Of a stretch of DNA of 64,000 nucleotides, positions 13,398 to 25,606 are shown piece after piece. Under the pieces are notes generated by a model, which saw only the letters and a program-made list of their open reading frames with translations, was not told the DNA's origin and searched no databases. The translations under genes and the position numbers were made by a program. This DNA comes from Eledone cirrhosa (lineage: Eukaryota): assembly GCA_964016885.1 (NCBI GenBank), contig OZ024741.1, forward strand, positions 344,782,001 through 344,846,000, written 5' to 3'. Position 1 is the first letter of the stretch. Each line of letters starts with the position of its first letter.

Positions 13398-14010
13398 ATA
13401 TTCATACACATACATAACAGCTTATATATTCTATAGAAATACATCACACTTTATACATAGTACATGTAACAGCTTAAATATTCTATAGAAACACAACGCA
13501 TTTTATACATGATGTATGTATACTCTGCACATACACATATATAACAGGCTATATATTCCATAGAAACACAACACTCTTTATACACAGTATATGTATACTC
13601 TGCATATACACATACACATAAGAGGTTATATATTCTATAGAAACATAACACACTTTATACAGGGTACGTTTATATCCTACATATACACACATAATAGCTT
13701 ATATATTCTATAGCAACATCACACACTTTATAAAGATGGTACATGTACACTCTGTATATGTACACACATACATAACAGCTTAAATATTCCATAGAAACAC
13801 AACACTCTTTATACACTGTATATGTATACTCTGCATATACGCATACATATAACAGGTTATATATTCTATAGAAACATTACACACTTTATACATGGTACAT
13901 GTACAGTCTGCACATACACACATACATAACAGGCTATATATTCTATAGAAACACATCACACTTTATACACAGTATATGTATACTCTGAACTTACAGCTTA
14001 AATATATCTA
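13398..14010. repeat. ~76-bp minisatellite, about 8 diverged units
   Basis: TATATTCTATAGAAACA recurs mostly every 73-81 bp. Confidence 0.85.
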
Positions 14011-14143
14011 GAAACCAAGATGTGACAAATTAGTAAATCACTAGTAAAACTGATTGCAGTTACTCTGACCACTACTAACCTAGCTCTCTTTCTCTAATAC
14101 CTTCTTCCTGCTATTTGAAGCATTAAACTAATATATTCCTTCC

Positions 14144-14249
<106 letters not shown>

Positions 14250-14271
14250 TTATATTATATACATATATATA

Positions 14272-14340
<69 letters not shown>

Positions 14341-14343
<3 letters not shown>

Positions 14344-14737
14344 GGAGAGATGACCCCTTAGCCTTTGTCAAGGCAGAATTCTAGGAGAAGGAAAACACCT
14401 GCAACCCTGATGATATCCAATGATGTTGACTTGTTCTTCTTTTTGTAAATATCATCTTGGTTAAGAGAGTGGGACTGACCTTGTGCAGTGCCTTTGCTCA
14501 CTATAAAAGCTTCACGGCACAGGCATTGCTTTATATCTGGAGATCTCTCTGCACTTGTAGTCACATGGTACCATGGGCCCAGCACTGTGTCAATAATTGT
14601 CAAAAGTGTAGTGTTTGTACCAGAGTTTTCAAGTCGCTGGCTGGACTAAAAAGTCACACTCGTTCAGCGCATCGGTAGGGGTTCTCCTACATGGATATAA
14701 AGTAATGGCCGTACTCGAAAACGAGTTGGCAGCCACC

Positions 14738-14738
<1 letters not shown>
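14341..14738 (+). mobile_element. non-autonomous RTE derivative (copy of 4505-4935)
   Basis: Reverse complement of the 4505 element; [22 protein letters not shown]; in (TA)n. Confidence 0.7.
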
Positions 14739-14775
<37 letters not shown>

Positions 14776-14790
14776 ATATATATATATATA

Positions 14791-14984
14791 GGAAAAAGTA
14801 TGACCCCGACGGCAGATCTCAAGCCGTTTCGACGGCTATTTCTGGAGTCCAGAAATAGCCATCGAAACGGCTTGAGCTCTGCCGTCAGGGTCATACTTTT
14901 TCCTATTTCCCACTCTACTACCCTAAGTATTGAGTACTCTGGTGCGTTATGGTCCATCTGGTTCCTTACCACATTTCCTTTGTT
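14791..14984 (+). mobile_element. palindromic short element (family P), probably Penelope pLTR-derived
   Basis: Near-perfect hairpin 14791-14903 with GTTTCG..CGAAAC, then tail with TATTGAGTAC; copies at 31197 and 32322; in (TA)n. Confidence 0.7.
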
Positions 14985-15188
14985 ATATATATATATATAT
15001 ATATATAGGTTGATGTGTTCTAAAATAGGTGGAAGACCCTTAAAAGATAGAAAAAGAACTTGCCATCGGCCTCTATGAGGAATTAAACCTCATATATATA
15101 TATATATATATATACAAGTGTATATATATATATATATATATACAAGTGTATATTTATATATATACAAGTGTATATATTTATATATATA

Positions 15189-15388
15189 NNNNNNNNNNNN
15201 NNNNNNNNNNNNNNNNNNNNNNNNNNNNNNNNNNNNNNNNNNNNNNNNNNNNNNNNNNNNNNNNNNNNNNNNNNNNNNNNNNNNNNNNNNNNNNNNNNNN
15301 NNNNNNNNNNNNNNNNNNNNNNNNNNNNNNNNNNNNNNNNNNNNNNNNNNNNNNNNNNNNNNNNNNNNNNNNNNNNNNNNNNNNNNNN
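15189..15388. other. assembly gap (200 N)
   Basis: Run of N. Confidence 1.
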
Positions 15389-16039
15389 ATCTCTACTACA
15401 GTATTGAGTACTCATTCCTGTGTGTATCAATACCCACAGATATATGCTTGTGTATGTATGTATCAAACAATCACCACAGAATTCTATTAAGTAATTGGTT
15501 GATCAATTTGTGTTTGTAAACTTAATTACAATTACTTCATATAATGGAGATGATACTACTGATATTGATGATAGTAGTGAGGACAACGAGATTGGTGTAA
15601 AACAGTCATGGCTAAACTGTGCTTTTCTGAATGGCATGCCTAATTTCAATATTGCCTTGAATTTTTTAATAATATAACCCAACTTATAATCTACAGCCAC
15701 TGCTCGAAAATAGTTTCCTATGCCTGGTGTACAAAGGTCCTGCTTATATCTCTTTTCCTCTCCTCCCCCTATCCCTGCAGAGAAGAGAGGGCTCTTCAAT
15801 TAGGACAATAACTGACAACCACTCTAGAGTTGGTGCCATGGTGCATCCTGTATGCTATAGGTATGGCACCTCTCACCTCTCTGTAGAAACCATGCCAAAA
15901 GGGTTGCGAGGACCCTTCAGTTGCATCAATGGCATGGCCACTTCTCTACTGTTGATTGTTTACACAATACATACCCAGTACATTGTGTAAATCGATTGTA
16001 TTTTTGTCATTTATGACCATTTTTAATATACATACATAC

Positions 16040-16315
16040 ACAGTGGCACTCCATCGGTTACGATGACAAGTATTCCAATTGTTATGATTAACAGAACAGC
16101 CTGCTCGTAAAATGTTTGTGGTAGTGGCAGAGCATTCCACAACCACGCATACCCTTTACGTAATTCTCAGGGAGATTCAATATGACACATATTGAGTGGA
16201 CTAGAACAAGGTGAAATAAAGTGTCTTACTCAAGGACACAGTATGCTGCCGTGAATCAAACTCACAACCTTATGATCGTGAGCTGTGTTCCTAACCACAA
16301 AGCCATGCACCTTCA
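16040..16315 (-). mobile_element. family B SINE
   Basis: GTGAAATAAAGTGTCTTACTCAAGGACACA..GAATCAAACTCACAACC..CTAACCACAAAGCCATGCACCTTCA is the reverse of a tRNA-like head plus CORE-like domain. Confidence 0.7.
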
Positions 16316-17666
16316 TACATACATGCATACATACATATATACACATACACACACACATACAGACATATATATGTATATGTAGGCTACCTCATTGTCTCTT
16401 CTTATTTACTATTGCTTGACAGTGTGACTCTGGTATAGGTTTAATATCTTGCCCAAGGATTCACTGCTTTTTTTTTATGTTCTTACCAATCTGTTTGTTT
16501 CGGGGTGTGTAGAGTCATGAGCTTCAGTTAATGTATTTTCTTGTTGATTTATTAATACTTATTGATAGATATTCACTTTGGCTTTTGGCTGATTAAGTAT
16601 TGATTATTGGTTTAGTATTTTGACATTATGCTCTAAAAATAAGATGGGATGGTCATAGCTGCAATATTTTTGATCATTGGGGTTAGGGTTAGATCAGGTC
16701 TGACCTACGGTTAAAAACAACAGCAACAACAACACTGTTTCTCTCTGTATATGCCTAGAGCAGATAGTATGAAGCTTATGAAAGTAGTGTGATACTGCAT
16801 GGTAATGAGACATGAATACTGAGTATGGAAAAATAGGTGGAAGTTGGAGGTTGGAGTAGGAGCACAAAGTGTTCATACCATGATGGATGTTGATGGATGT
16901 GTAATGTTAACATGAATGGCATACATAGCAAGGCTCCCCTGCACCCAGGGGCATAAAGATACTATTGGTACCCCCCTACTCTCTCTACCTCTGAAATGTT
17001 TTCATTAGTTGTTTTGTGAAAGGTGGTGGATGGCAGAATCATTAGAACATCAGACAAAATGCTTTGTGATATTTAGTTACAACCCTTTATGTTCTGAGTT
17101 CAAATCTTGCCAACATTAACTTTGCTTTTCATCCTCCTGGGGTTGATAAAATAAAGTACCAGTCATGCACTTGAGTCAATGTAATCCAATTCATCTCCCT
17201 AAAAATTGCTGACCTTGAGCTTAAATTAGCATACTGTGTGTAATTTTGTTTTGGATAACTACACCATATACATACATGACAAAAAGATTGGCACTGCATT
17301 TCGTTTACATGCACACACTCTTTCTTTCTAAAGTGAACCTCATTGAAATAGAGTAAAGAGTAACAGGTAAATCCCTATTTGGCCACAAATGACCATGGAT
17401 TTTACATGTAGAAAGTTCCTCTCTTAGGCACAAGCTCAGGCAAGGTGTTTTTGTGGTAGACCAAAAGTTTCACATGCATATCAGTCTCCCTTTTCCACAC
17501 CAATGATGTTGTTCAAGGGAAAGGCAAAGGCTGATAAAGATTGTCACCAGTGACATTGCAACTCATATATATATATATATATATACTATATATGATGTTG
17601 TTCAAGGGAAAGGCAAAGGCCAATACAGATTGGCACCAGTGACATTGCAACTCATACGTACTCTAT

Positions 17667-20452
17667 ATCATCATCATCATCATCATCATCATCACCGTTT
17701 TACGTCCGTTCTTCCACGCTAGCATGGGTTAGACGAGTTGTCCTGTTGTGGGCAGTGTCTGGTCGGCTGACCATGCCTTGCTCATACAGGAACTGATCTA
17801 GCTTGATTTCTACAGCTGGATGCCCTTCCTAACACCAACCTCATTTACAGTGAGTGCTGGGTGCTTTTTCGTGGCGCCTACACGTCCACTTTACAGTGTG
17901 GGCTGGGTGCTTTTTTGCCGTGGCACCTCCACGACCACCTTGCGGTGGGGGGAGTGGGGGCATATTGTTTATATGCTTCAGCATGTACCCATGGGAGGTC
18001 GGGTACTCTGTATTACTGCGTGACGCCAGAAGTCACGGTCGTGTGTCATTGTCTTTGAGAGGTGTAGTTGGGTAAGGTCGGCTTTTATCACCTCATCCCA
18101 AGTCATCTTGGGTCTCCCCACTCCGCGGTTTCCATCAACTTCTAGTGCTCTGCACCTTTTTATGCAGCTGTCATCCTTCATACGCATCACATGTCCATAC
18201 CAGCGTAACCGCCTCTCCTGCACGCAGCATTTGATTCCTCTTATGCTCAGTCTCTCTCTCAATTCCTTTATGCTTTGTCGTTCACGTATATTACTGTTAC
18301 ACATCCATCGGAGCATGCAGGCTTCGTTTCTCTCTAATCTACGTAAGTCTTCCACCTTCAGCGCCCAGGTCTCACTACCATGCAACATCGCTGTTCGGAT
18401 ACACGCATCATACAGTCTGCCTTTCATTCTGAGGGAGAAGCCTTTTGCAGCTAGCAGTGGTAGTAGTTCCCTAAACTTCTTCCATCCCGTTCTTACCCTA
18501 GTTATTGTACTTTCTGAGCACCCACCTCCGTTGCTAATTCGGTCACCTAGGTAGCAGAAGCTGTCTACTGTTTCTACAGGGCCCTCCTAGAGATTGGTGG
18601 TACTTGTTTCCTGTGGCTGTTTGCTTGCTGTTTCAGCACAGCTGCTGCATGTGAATCCTACATTCTTAATTAAGCTTCCTGAGATCCCGCTACATCTCTT
18701 GTGTACCCATTGTTTGCATTTGGGGCAGAGAATGGAGTTCCTACCTACACCTTTCCTACATACTGAGCAAGGCCATTTCCCTGAGGGGATCTGGGTTCTG
18801 TTTTCTCGTCTACTTACAAGGACCTTAGTCTTTGTCATGTTGACTTTGAGGCCCTTTCTCTCTAGTCCCTGCTTCCAAGTTTGGAATTTATTCTCTAGTT
18901 CTACCATAGATTCAGCTATGAGTGCGAGGTCATCAGCATACAGGAGTTCCCATGGGCATCCGGTCTTAAACTCCTCCGTTATTGCCTGCAGGACTATGAT
19001 GAACAGGAGAGGACTAAGAACAGAGCCCTGGTGGACCCCAACCTGTACGCTAAATTCCTCGCTATACTCATTGCTAATCCTAACTTTGCTGACTGCTCCC
19101 CTATACATGGCTTGTACCGCTTTCACAAGCCATTCCTCTACTCCTAGTTTTCTAAGAGCCCACCAGATTACTGCACGTGGAACTCTGTCAAAGGCTTTCT
19201 CAAGGTCGACAAATGCCAAGTAGAGTGGCTTACTTTTAGCTAGGTACTTTTCCTGTAATTGCCTCACAAGGAAGAGGGCATCAGTGGTGCCTCTCCCTGG
19301 TACAAACCCAAATTGCATCTCGTCTATATTCACCCGGTCCCTAATCAGCTGTGCTATAACTCTTTCTGTTACTTTCATGACCTGGTCCATCAACTTTATA
19401 CCTCTATAGTTTCCTCTATCTAGTGCATCGCCTTTACCTTTGTAGCAGTTGACAATGATGCTACTGCACCAATCTTTTGGTATGGCCCCTTCTAGTATTA
19501 CCTGGTTAACGATATGTGTGATTATAGTGTGACCTACAGACCCAGATGCCTTCAGCATCTCGGCAGCTATACCCGATGGACCGGTTGCCTTCCGCATCTT
19601 CATATCTCTGATTGCCTTACTTACTACGCTGCCGCTGACTTGTACTGCTGGTCCCTCTATAGGGTCTACATGGGGTAGGGTCTCTTCTTCCCATGCATTC
19701 TCCTCATTTAGTAATCTATCATAATGACTCTTCCATGCATCTTTCTTCTCAGCACTTGTGAGGGCAAGCTCACCTTTATCATTCCGGATACACTTCTCTC
19801 CAATGACATCACAACTATCTCTGACACACTGCCTCGCAATCTTGAATACCTCCTGTTTCTGGTCCTCACGTTGTAAAACATGCTTGAATTTTCTATCCTC
19901 TGCTTCCCTCCTAGCTAAGTATACTTGTCGCCTAGCTTCCCTCTTGGTCTCTATGTATTGTACCCTGCTCCCTCCGTTCTTCCATTCTTTCCATGCCTGT
20001 CTCTTGGCCTTGACTGCTTCATCTACCTTATTGTTCCACCACCAAGTCACTCTCCTCCTGCTTGAGGTCTTACTCCAGCCACAAACCTCATCCGTCGCCT
20101 CTAGTAAGTTATTTTTTAGGAACTCCCAGTTCTCTTCTACGTTAAATGTCTCTATCTGTTCTTCTTTACTGTCGTAGGCGTTGAGTAAAATATCTTTAAA
20201 TCTGTTACTGGTTGAGGGGACTTTCAGCTTCCAGATCTTTCTTCTCCAGGCTGGCCTCTGTTTCAGGGCTCGTCTAGTTCTGACCGTGAGTAAAATATCT
20301 TTAAATCTGTTACTGGTTGAGGGGACTTTCAGCTTCCAGATCTTTCTTCTCCAGGTTGGCCTCTGTTTCAGGGCTCGTCTAGTTCTGACCGTGAGGTCGC
20401 TGACAACTAAGCTATGTTGGGATGTACATTCCTCACTAGGGAAGGCTTTTGT
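17667..20452 (-). mobile_element. 5'-truncated RTE-clade LINE
   Basis: (GAT)n tail, 3'UTR shared with many fragments, RT motifs (NYRGIKL, QFGF, AFVDLEKAFDRV, GVHQGSVLSPLLF, YADD), C-terminal GSETW and RRLRWYGHVMR; starts at the end of the APE domain (EECTSQHSLV). Confidence 0.95.
17978..20452 (-). pseudogene. RTE endonuclease/reverse transcriptase ORF, 5'-truncated, one in-frame TAG at 18587-18589
   Basis: ORFs 18587-20521 and 17978-18427 are in the same frame; the sequence between reads *EGPVETVDSFCYLGD..RVRTGWKKFRELLPLL. Confidence 0.9.
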
Positions 20453-20537
20453 ATACACTATTATATGATGTTGTCCAAAGGAAAAGCAAAGGCCGATACA
20501 ATTTAGCACCAGTGACATCACAGCTCATACATACACT

Positions 20538-20687
20538 ATCATCATCATCATCATCACCGTTTTACGTCCGTTCTTCCACGCTAGCATGGGTTAGACGGGT
20601 TGTCCTGTTGTGGGCAGTGTCTGGTCGGCTGACCATGCCTTGCCCATACAGGAACTGATTTGGCTTGATTTCTACAGCTGGATGCCC
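20538..20687 (-). mobile_element. short RTE 3' end fragment
   Basis: Near-identical to 17667-17826; ATACACTAT on both sides. Confidence 0.85.
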
Positions 20688-20699
20688 TATATATACACT

Positions 20700-20890
20700 A
20701 TATATGATGCTGTCTGAGAGAAAAGCAAAGGCGGATACAGCTTGGCACCAGTGACATTGTAACTCATTTCTCCAGCTGAGTGAACTAGAGCAATGGGAAA
20801 TAAAGTATCTTGCTCAAGGACACAATGCTCTGCCTGATCTGGCAATCAAACTCACAACTTCATGATTGTAAATCCAATGCTCTAACCAAG
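20700..20890 (-). mobile_element. 5' part of a family B SINE whose 3' part lies at ~17330-17565
   Basis: tRNA/CORE-like head; shares the ~75-bp unit TGATGTTG..AAGGCAAAGGC..CACCAGTGACATTG..ACTCAT with 17503. Confidence 0.6.
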
Positions 20891-20967
20891 AAATGGAATA
20901 ACACATAAGTAAAGGGATAAAATGATAATATAGTGATTATATAATGATTGTTACAGTATTACAATTA

Positions 20968-21149
20968 ATTGTTTCTACTTTTGGCACAAGGCTAGCAATT
21001 AACCAGTGTATTACTGGTACTTTATTTTATCGACCCCGTAAGGATGAAAGGCAAAGTGAACCTCGGCGGGATTTGAACTCAGACTGTAAAGGGACGTAAC
21101 TATGCTGGAAAGCAAGGCGTCCGACTCTCTACCGATACTGCTAATCCAA
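20968..21149 (-). mobile_element. family A SINE with target-site duplication
   Basis: Full body; ATTACAATTAAT on both sides. Confidence 0.85.
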
Positions 21150-22049
21150 TTACAATTAATGGATAGAAATTGAGAAAGAGGAGGACTGAGAAAGATACTG
21201 CTGTTCTTCTTGTTGTCGTCATTGTATAGTCTTAGGTTTGTCTTGATTAAATAAACCTATGATCAAAGCCATTCCAACCATGGCCAGCCTGTCGTTTATT
21301 TGTTTGCTGTTTCAGGCTCTCAGGCATAATCTGTCTAAAACTACCCAACTCTTTTTTTGTTTTTTAAGAAAATTGTCGGGTAGGATACAAAGAAGATTTG
21401 GCTGCTATTTCTAGCAGGCCAAGTGACCTCATAGAAACTCTCCCTTTTATTTGCTCGACTGGGTAAGGTGTAAGATGAAGTAAGTAATGGTGGGTGTGAT
21501 ATTCACCATCATCATTGTTTGGTTTACCGTCTTCTTCCCTTCTCACAAGTATTGGACATTCTGGTAGCCTCTTTCAAAGCATTTCTCCTGAGTGTTCATT
21601 CTAGGGATAGGTTTTGGTCTAGGTTCCACACTTTCAGATCATCCCTGATTACTTCTTCCCAGGTCTTACATGGGCACCTCCTTCCCTGTCTACCAGGGGC
21701 CACAATTTTGGTACAATACTGCATTATTTATTGATGAGAGGTTGAAAGACTGAGGTGAGTGGTGATATTGACAGTCGACTTTTCCGTTGGTCTTTCCAAT
21801 TGCTAATGCTATCTACCAGTTGCAAATCCAGGTAGAAGGAGCAACGTGTAATAAAGTATCTTGCTCAAGGACATAACACATCACCCGATCCAGGAATTCT
21901 CTAACCACTCAGCCACGTGCCTTCACACAGATACAGTGTTGAAAAGTTTAACAGAAGTTAAACAGTGACTTGAGTGGAATTTAACTTCTATTTCTAGTAA
22001 GGTGAACATTAATGTAGAAGCTCCCTTATTGGCTCAAGATGTGGAAGTT

Positions 22050-22740
22050 AATGATTACTGTGATACTGATCACATTATTGACCATGGATCATAGTGTACT
22101 GATTCTATGGATCAGAAATTATAGAGTATCAATTCTATTGATTAAAATTCGTAAAGTATTGATTCTGTTGATTAAGGTTCATAGAATATTGATTCTATTG
22201 ATCCAGAGTTTTATAGTATATATTCTATTGATAAAGGTTTATAGTGTACTGATTCTATTGATAAGGAATAATACAATACTGATTCTATTGATCAGGAATT
22301 GTAGAATCTGATTTTAATGATAAAGTTTCATAGTGTTGATTATGTTGATCAGGGGTCATGGAGTACTGATTCTATTGATTCAGGTTCATAGTGTAGTGAC
22401 TCTATTGAACAGGAATTATAGAGTACTTATTCTGTTGATCATGATCAAGGGTGACATAGTACTAATTCTATTAATCAGAAGTCACAGAGTATTTATTCTA
22501 CTCATCAGGATCACAGGGTACTTGTACTTCTGATTAGGGCTCACAGGGTACTTGTACTTCTGATTAAGGCTCACAGGGTACTTGTACTTCCGATTAGGGA
22601 TCACAGTGTACTTGTACTTCTGATTAGGGATCACAGGGAACTTGTACTTCTGATTAGGGATCACAGGTTACTTGTACTTCCGATTAGGGATCACAGGGTA
22701 TGTGTACTTCCGATTAGGGATCACAGGTTACTTGTACTTG
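22050..22740. repeat. 30-bp minisatellite, diverged on the left and homogeneous from 22505
   Basis: ATTCTATTGAT every 30 bp, grading into TTAGGGATCACAGGGTACTTGTACTTCTGA units. Confidence 0.9.
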
Positions 22741-23641
22741 TTTATTCGCTTGTGCTGTTGTTTAGGCCGCAATCGAGTAGAGCTATAATCAAAATCCTTC
22801 CATCCATGACTATCCTATCGTTTTGTATATCAAGGAATTATATTGTTCAATGTAATGTTTTTATTTATTTAAGAAGCTAAATTTCATGTGTTTGTTCAGG
22901 TAAGTATATATGAATTGTGTGAATATTTGAGAACCATGATAATTGGCAGCATGTGATGCAAAAAAAGACCTCTCCATTAATGCAAGTTGACATCTAACTA
23001 CTGTTAAACTTCATAATTCCACCTTTATGTAATACCGAGGTCATAATTACATTTCTAGTGTTGATATGATAAAATACACCTAGTGCACCCCATAAGTAAT
23101 AGATCTAGAGCTATGATAAAATGCACCCAGTACACACAGCATTTGGTAGTGCTTATGCAATGATAAAATTCACCCAGTAAACACTGTAAAGTGGTAGTAC
23201 TGGTGCTACAAAAAATGTAAAGTTGTAGAGATGGTGCCATGATAAAATGCCTTCACTATAACTCTGTGAATTGGTTGGCATTAGGAACGGCATTCTGCTC
23301 TAGAAACTATGCCAAAAATAAAAGGAATGGGCAAGATGTGGTCCTTTGACTCATCTAATTTCAGACTGCAACAACCCATCCCTGCATACATGGAATAGGG
23401 ACATAAAATGATTAAATGATTTTTCATGATTATGATGATGATATATTGAAAATGAAGAGACACTTGAAAATAAAATGAACCTACATATTAAAATAAATGC
23501 TTAATAGATTTTTATCTTCTGTGCACACTCTACTGTTCATGTCTGTAAGCTAATTTTAAATTCCATAGCAAATTTGAACACCCTTTGTATATGTATATAT
23601 AGAGAGAGTGTTGTAGTTTGCTTAAAGCATTGTTGAATAGG

Positions 23642-24033
23642 AAACATAAATTTTAATAATTTTGAAAACCATACAATACATTAGAAAGAAAATCAAGATT
23701 GCTAAGATAACAAAAGAATCTTACCTTAGCAAATTTGATAATCCCAAATATTTTGGGGTTTAAAAATCCATTATCAAGGGAGTATCCCTATGAGAGACTA
23801 AAACAATCACTTGGAATTGACTTGCTTGTTTGGAGAGCAAATTTAAGTTAAATCTTTAACTTAAACCAACTTTTTTAGTCTCTCATGGGGTTACTTCCTT
23901 GATAATGGGTTTTTAAACCTGAAAATATTTGGGATTATCAAATTTACTAAGGTAAGATTCTTTGTTATCTTAGTAATCTTGATTTTCTTTTTAATGCATT
24001 GTATGGTTTTCAAAATTATTTAAATTTGTGTTT
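23642..24033. repeat. long inverted repeat (~160-bp arms) with a hammerhead-like motif
   Basis: Arms 23642-23803 and 23873-24033; TTCC-TTGATAA-stem II-GAAA-ATAT-TT-GGGA at 23895-23934. Confidence 0.8.
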
Positions 24034-24057
24034 TATATATATATATATTTATATGTT

Positions 24058-24318
24058 GTACCACAACATCCAGTCCTAAATAAATGAGGTTGTGTAGGTA
24101 TCACGACAAAAAAAACACACACTCCACGCTGTAATGTGGCCGTGTAGGTAACACGGTAAAAAACCTCCCAGTCCACACTGTAAACGTGGTTGGTGTTAGG
24201 AAGGGCATCCAGCCATAGAAAACCTGCCAGACAGTCCTATATGAGCAAGACGACCAATCTTGCCTCAAGTGGGACAATTCCCATCTAAACCCATGGACGT
24301 TAAACGATGATGATGATA
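24058..24318 (+). mobile_element. RTE 3'UTR fragment (second subfamily)
   Basis: Matches 42060-42335 and 62281-62570; GATGAT tail. Confidence 0.8.
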
Positions 24319-24411
24319 TTATATATAGAGAAGATAAACACTATATTCAAGTTTTTATTTCAATATGCAGGGCTTGAATTCAAGTGCCTTTGCTTTAATT
24401 GTACATATATG

Positions 24412-24842
24412 TATTGCTGTAGTGGAGTCTGTGCTGCTGTGCGGGTCTGAGACTTGGACACTGACCAAGAAACTCACTCAGATGGTGGATGGGTGCTACA
24501 CGAGAATGCTGAGGATGGCTCTGAACATTAATCAGTATACACTGAGGATGAAAATCTCATAGCTGTATGGGAGCCTCCCAAAAGTCAGCTCAAAAGTGAC
24601 ACAGAGGAGACTGAGGTTATCTGGACATGCTCACCAACATCCAGAGTTGACATTGCACTCAGTGCTCCTGTGGGAGCCCCTACATGGACACACTGGAAGA
24701 GGAAGACCAAGGTTAACGTATGTTGATGCCCTAAGGACAGACACTGGTCTGTTGGAGACGCAGGACATGGCAGCGATAATGAGGGCCAGAGACCGCTGGA
24801 GAGAACTTGTCCATGGATCTCAGGAATTTTACCCGCCCTAGA
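24412..24842 (+). pseudogene. 3' fragment of a distinct RTE-type LINE
   Basis: VESVLLCGSETWTLT..DGCYTRMLR..QRRLRLSGH..GRGRPRLTY; internal stop; copy at 32549-32890. Confidence 0.85.
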
Positions 24843-25606
24843 GAGAGAGAGATATATCATTATATTATTTGCTCTAATCTTTATTTTTTTAAATATTTAC
24901 TGAACTCTCTGCTAATTGCTTTGGAGATAACTATTTTCAATATAACTGCAAAGTATCAATTTGTTTCCTGTGTGATAATCCTGTGAAACTCCAAAGTAAC
25001 AAGACTCACCACTTAGCCATAATAAAGAATATTTAAAGTCTACTTTGGTATTGAGTACTCATTCTCATGTCCATCACATGAATATACATATATATCTTAA
25101 TTCCAACTATACCCTTGACTATATATATATAGTGGGCACAGGAAGACGCCTCTGTCTACTTTTTCTTCAATTCCATGGGTGCATGCATACAAGATTCCAT
25201 AACTCCTAACGGAGTCGTAGGGGTGCCGTATTGACATACAGGATCTCTAGGGTATTTTTTAAAACCTGACAGAGCTCTTTTCCTCTCCAGGTGTGAATAC
25301 ATCCGATTTCTTCCAGAGAAGGATAGAGAATGAGAGAAAGAGGAAATGAGAAAGAAATATAGAGAAAGAATCAAACCCAGTACTAGACCGGTACATTTGT
25401 TTTTAGCAATTTCGATTGGATGAAAAGCAAAGTTGACCTCAGCAGGATTTGAACTCGGAGGGTAGAGAGCCAAAGCAAACATCGAAAAAGCATTCTGATG
25501 TTGTAACAACTTCCCTATCTTCCTTATTTACCCCCTTAATTTCATGGGTATTTTACCTAATTTTCTCAACTAGTATTTGTCATGATCTACAACTATTATT
25601 AAAATG

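Noticed and set aside
15495-15990. Short acidic ORF and neighbouring ORFs
   Set aside because: No recognisable motif or consistent splice signals; possibly an old repeat.
22505-22740. Telomeric repeat (TTAGGG)
   Set aside because: Only one TTAGGG per 30-bp unit; not a telomeric tract.
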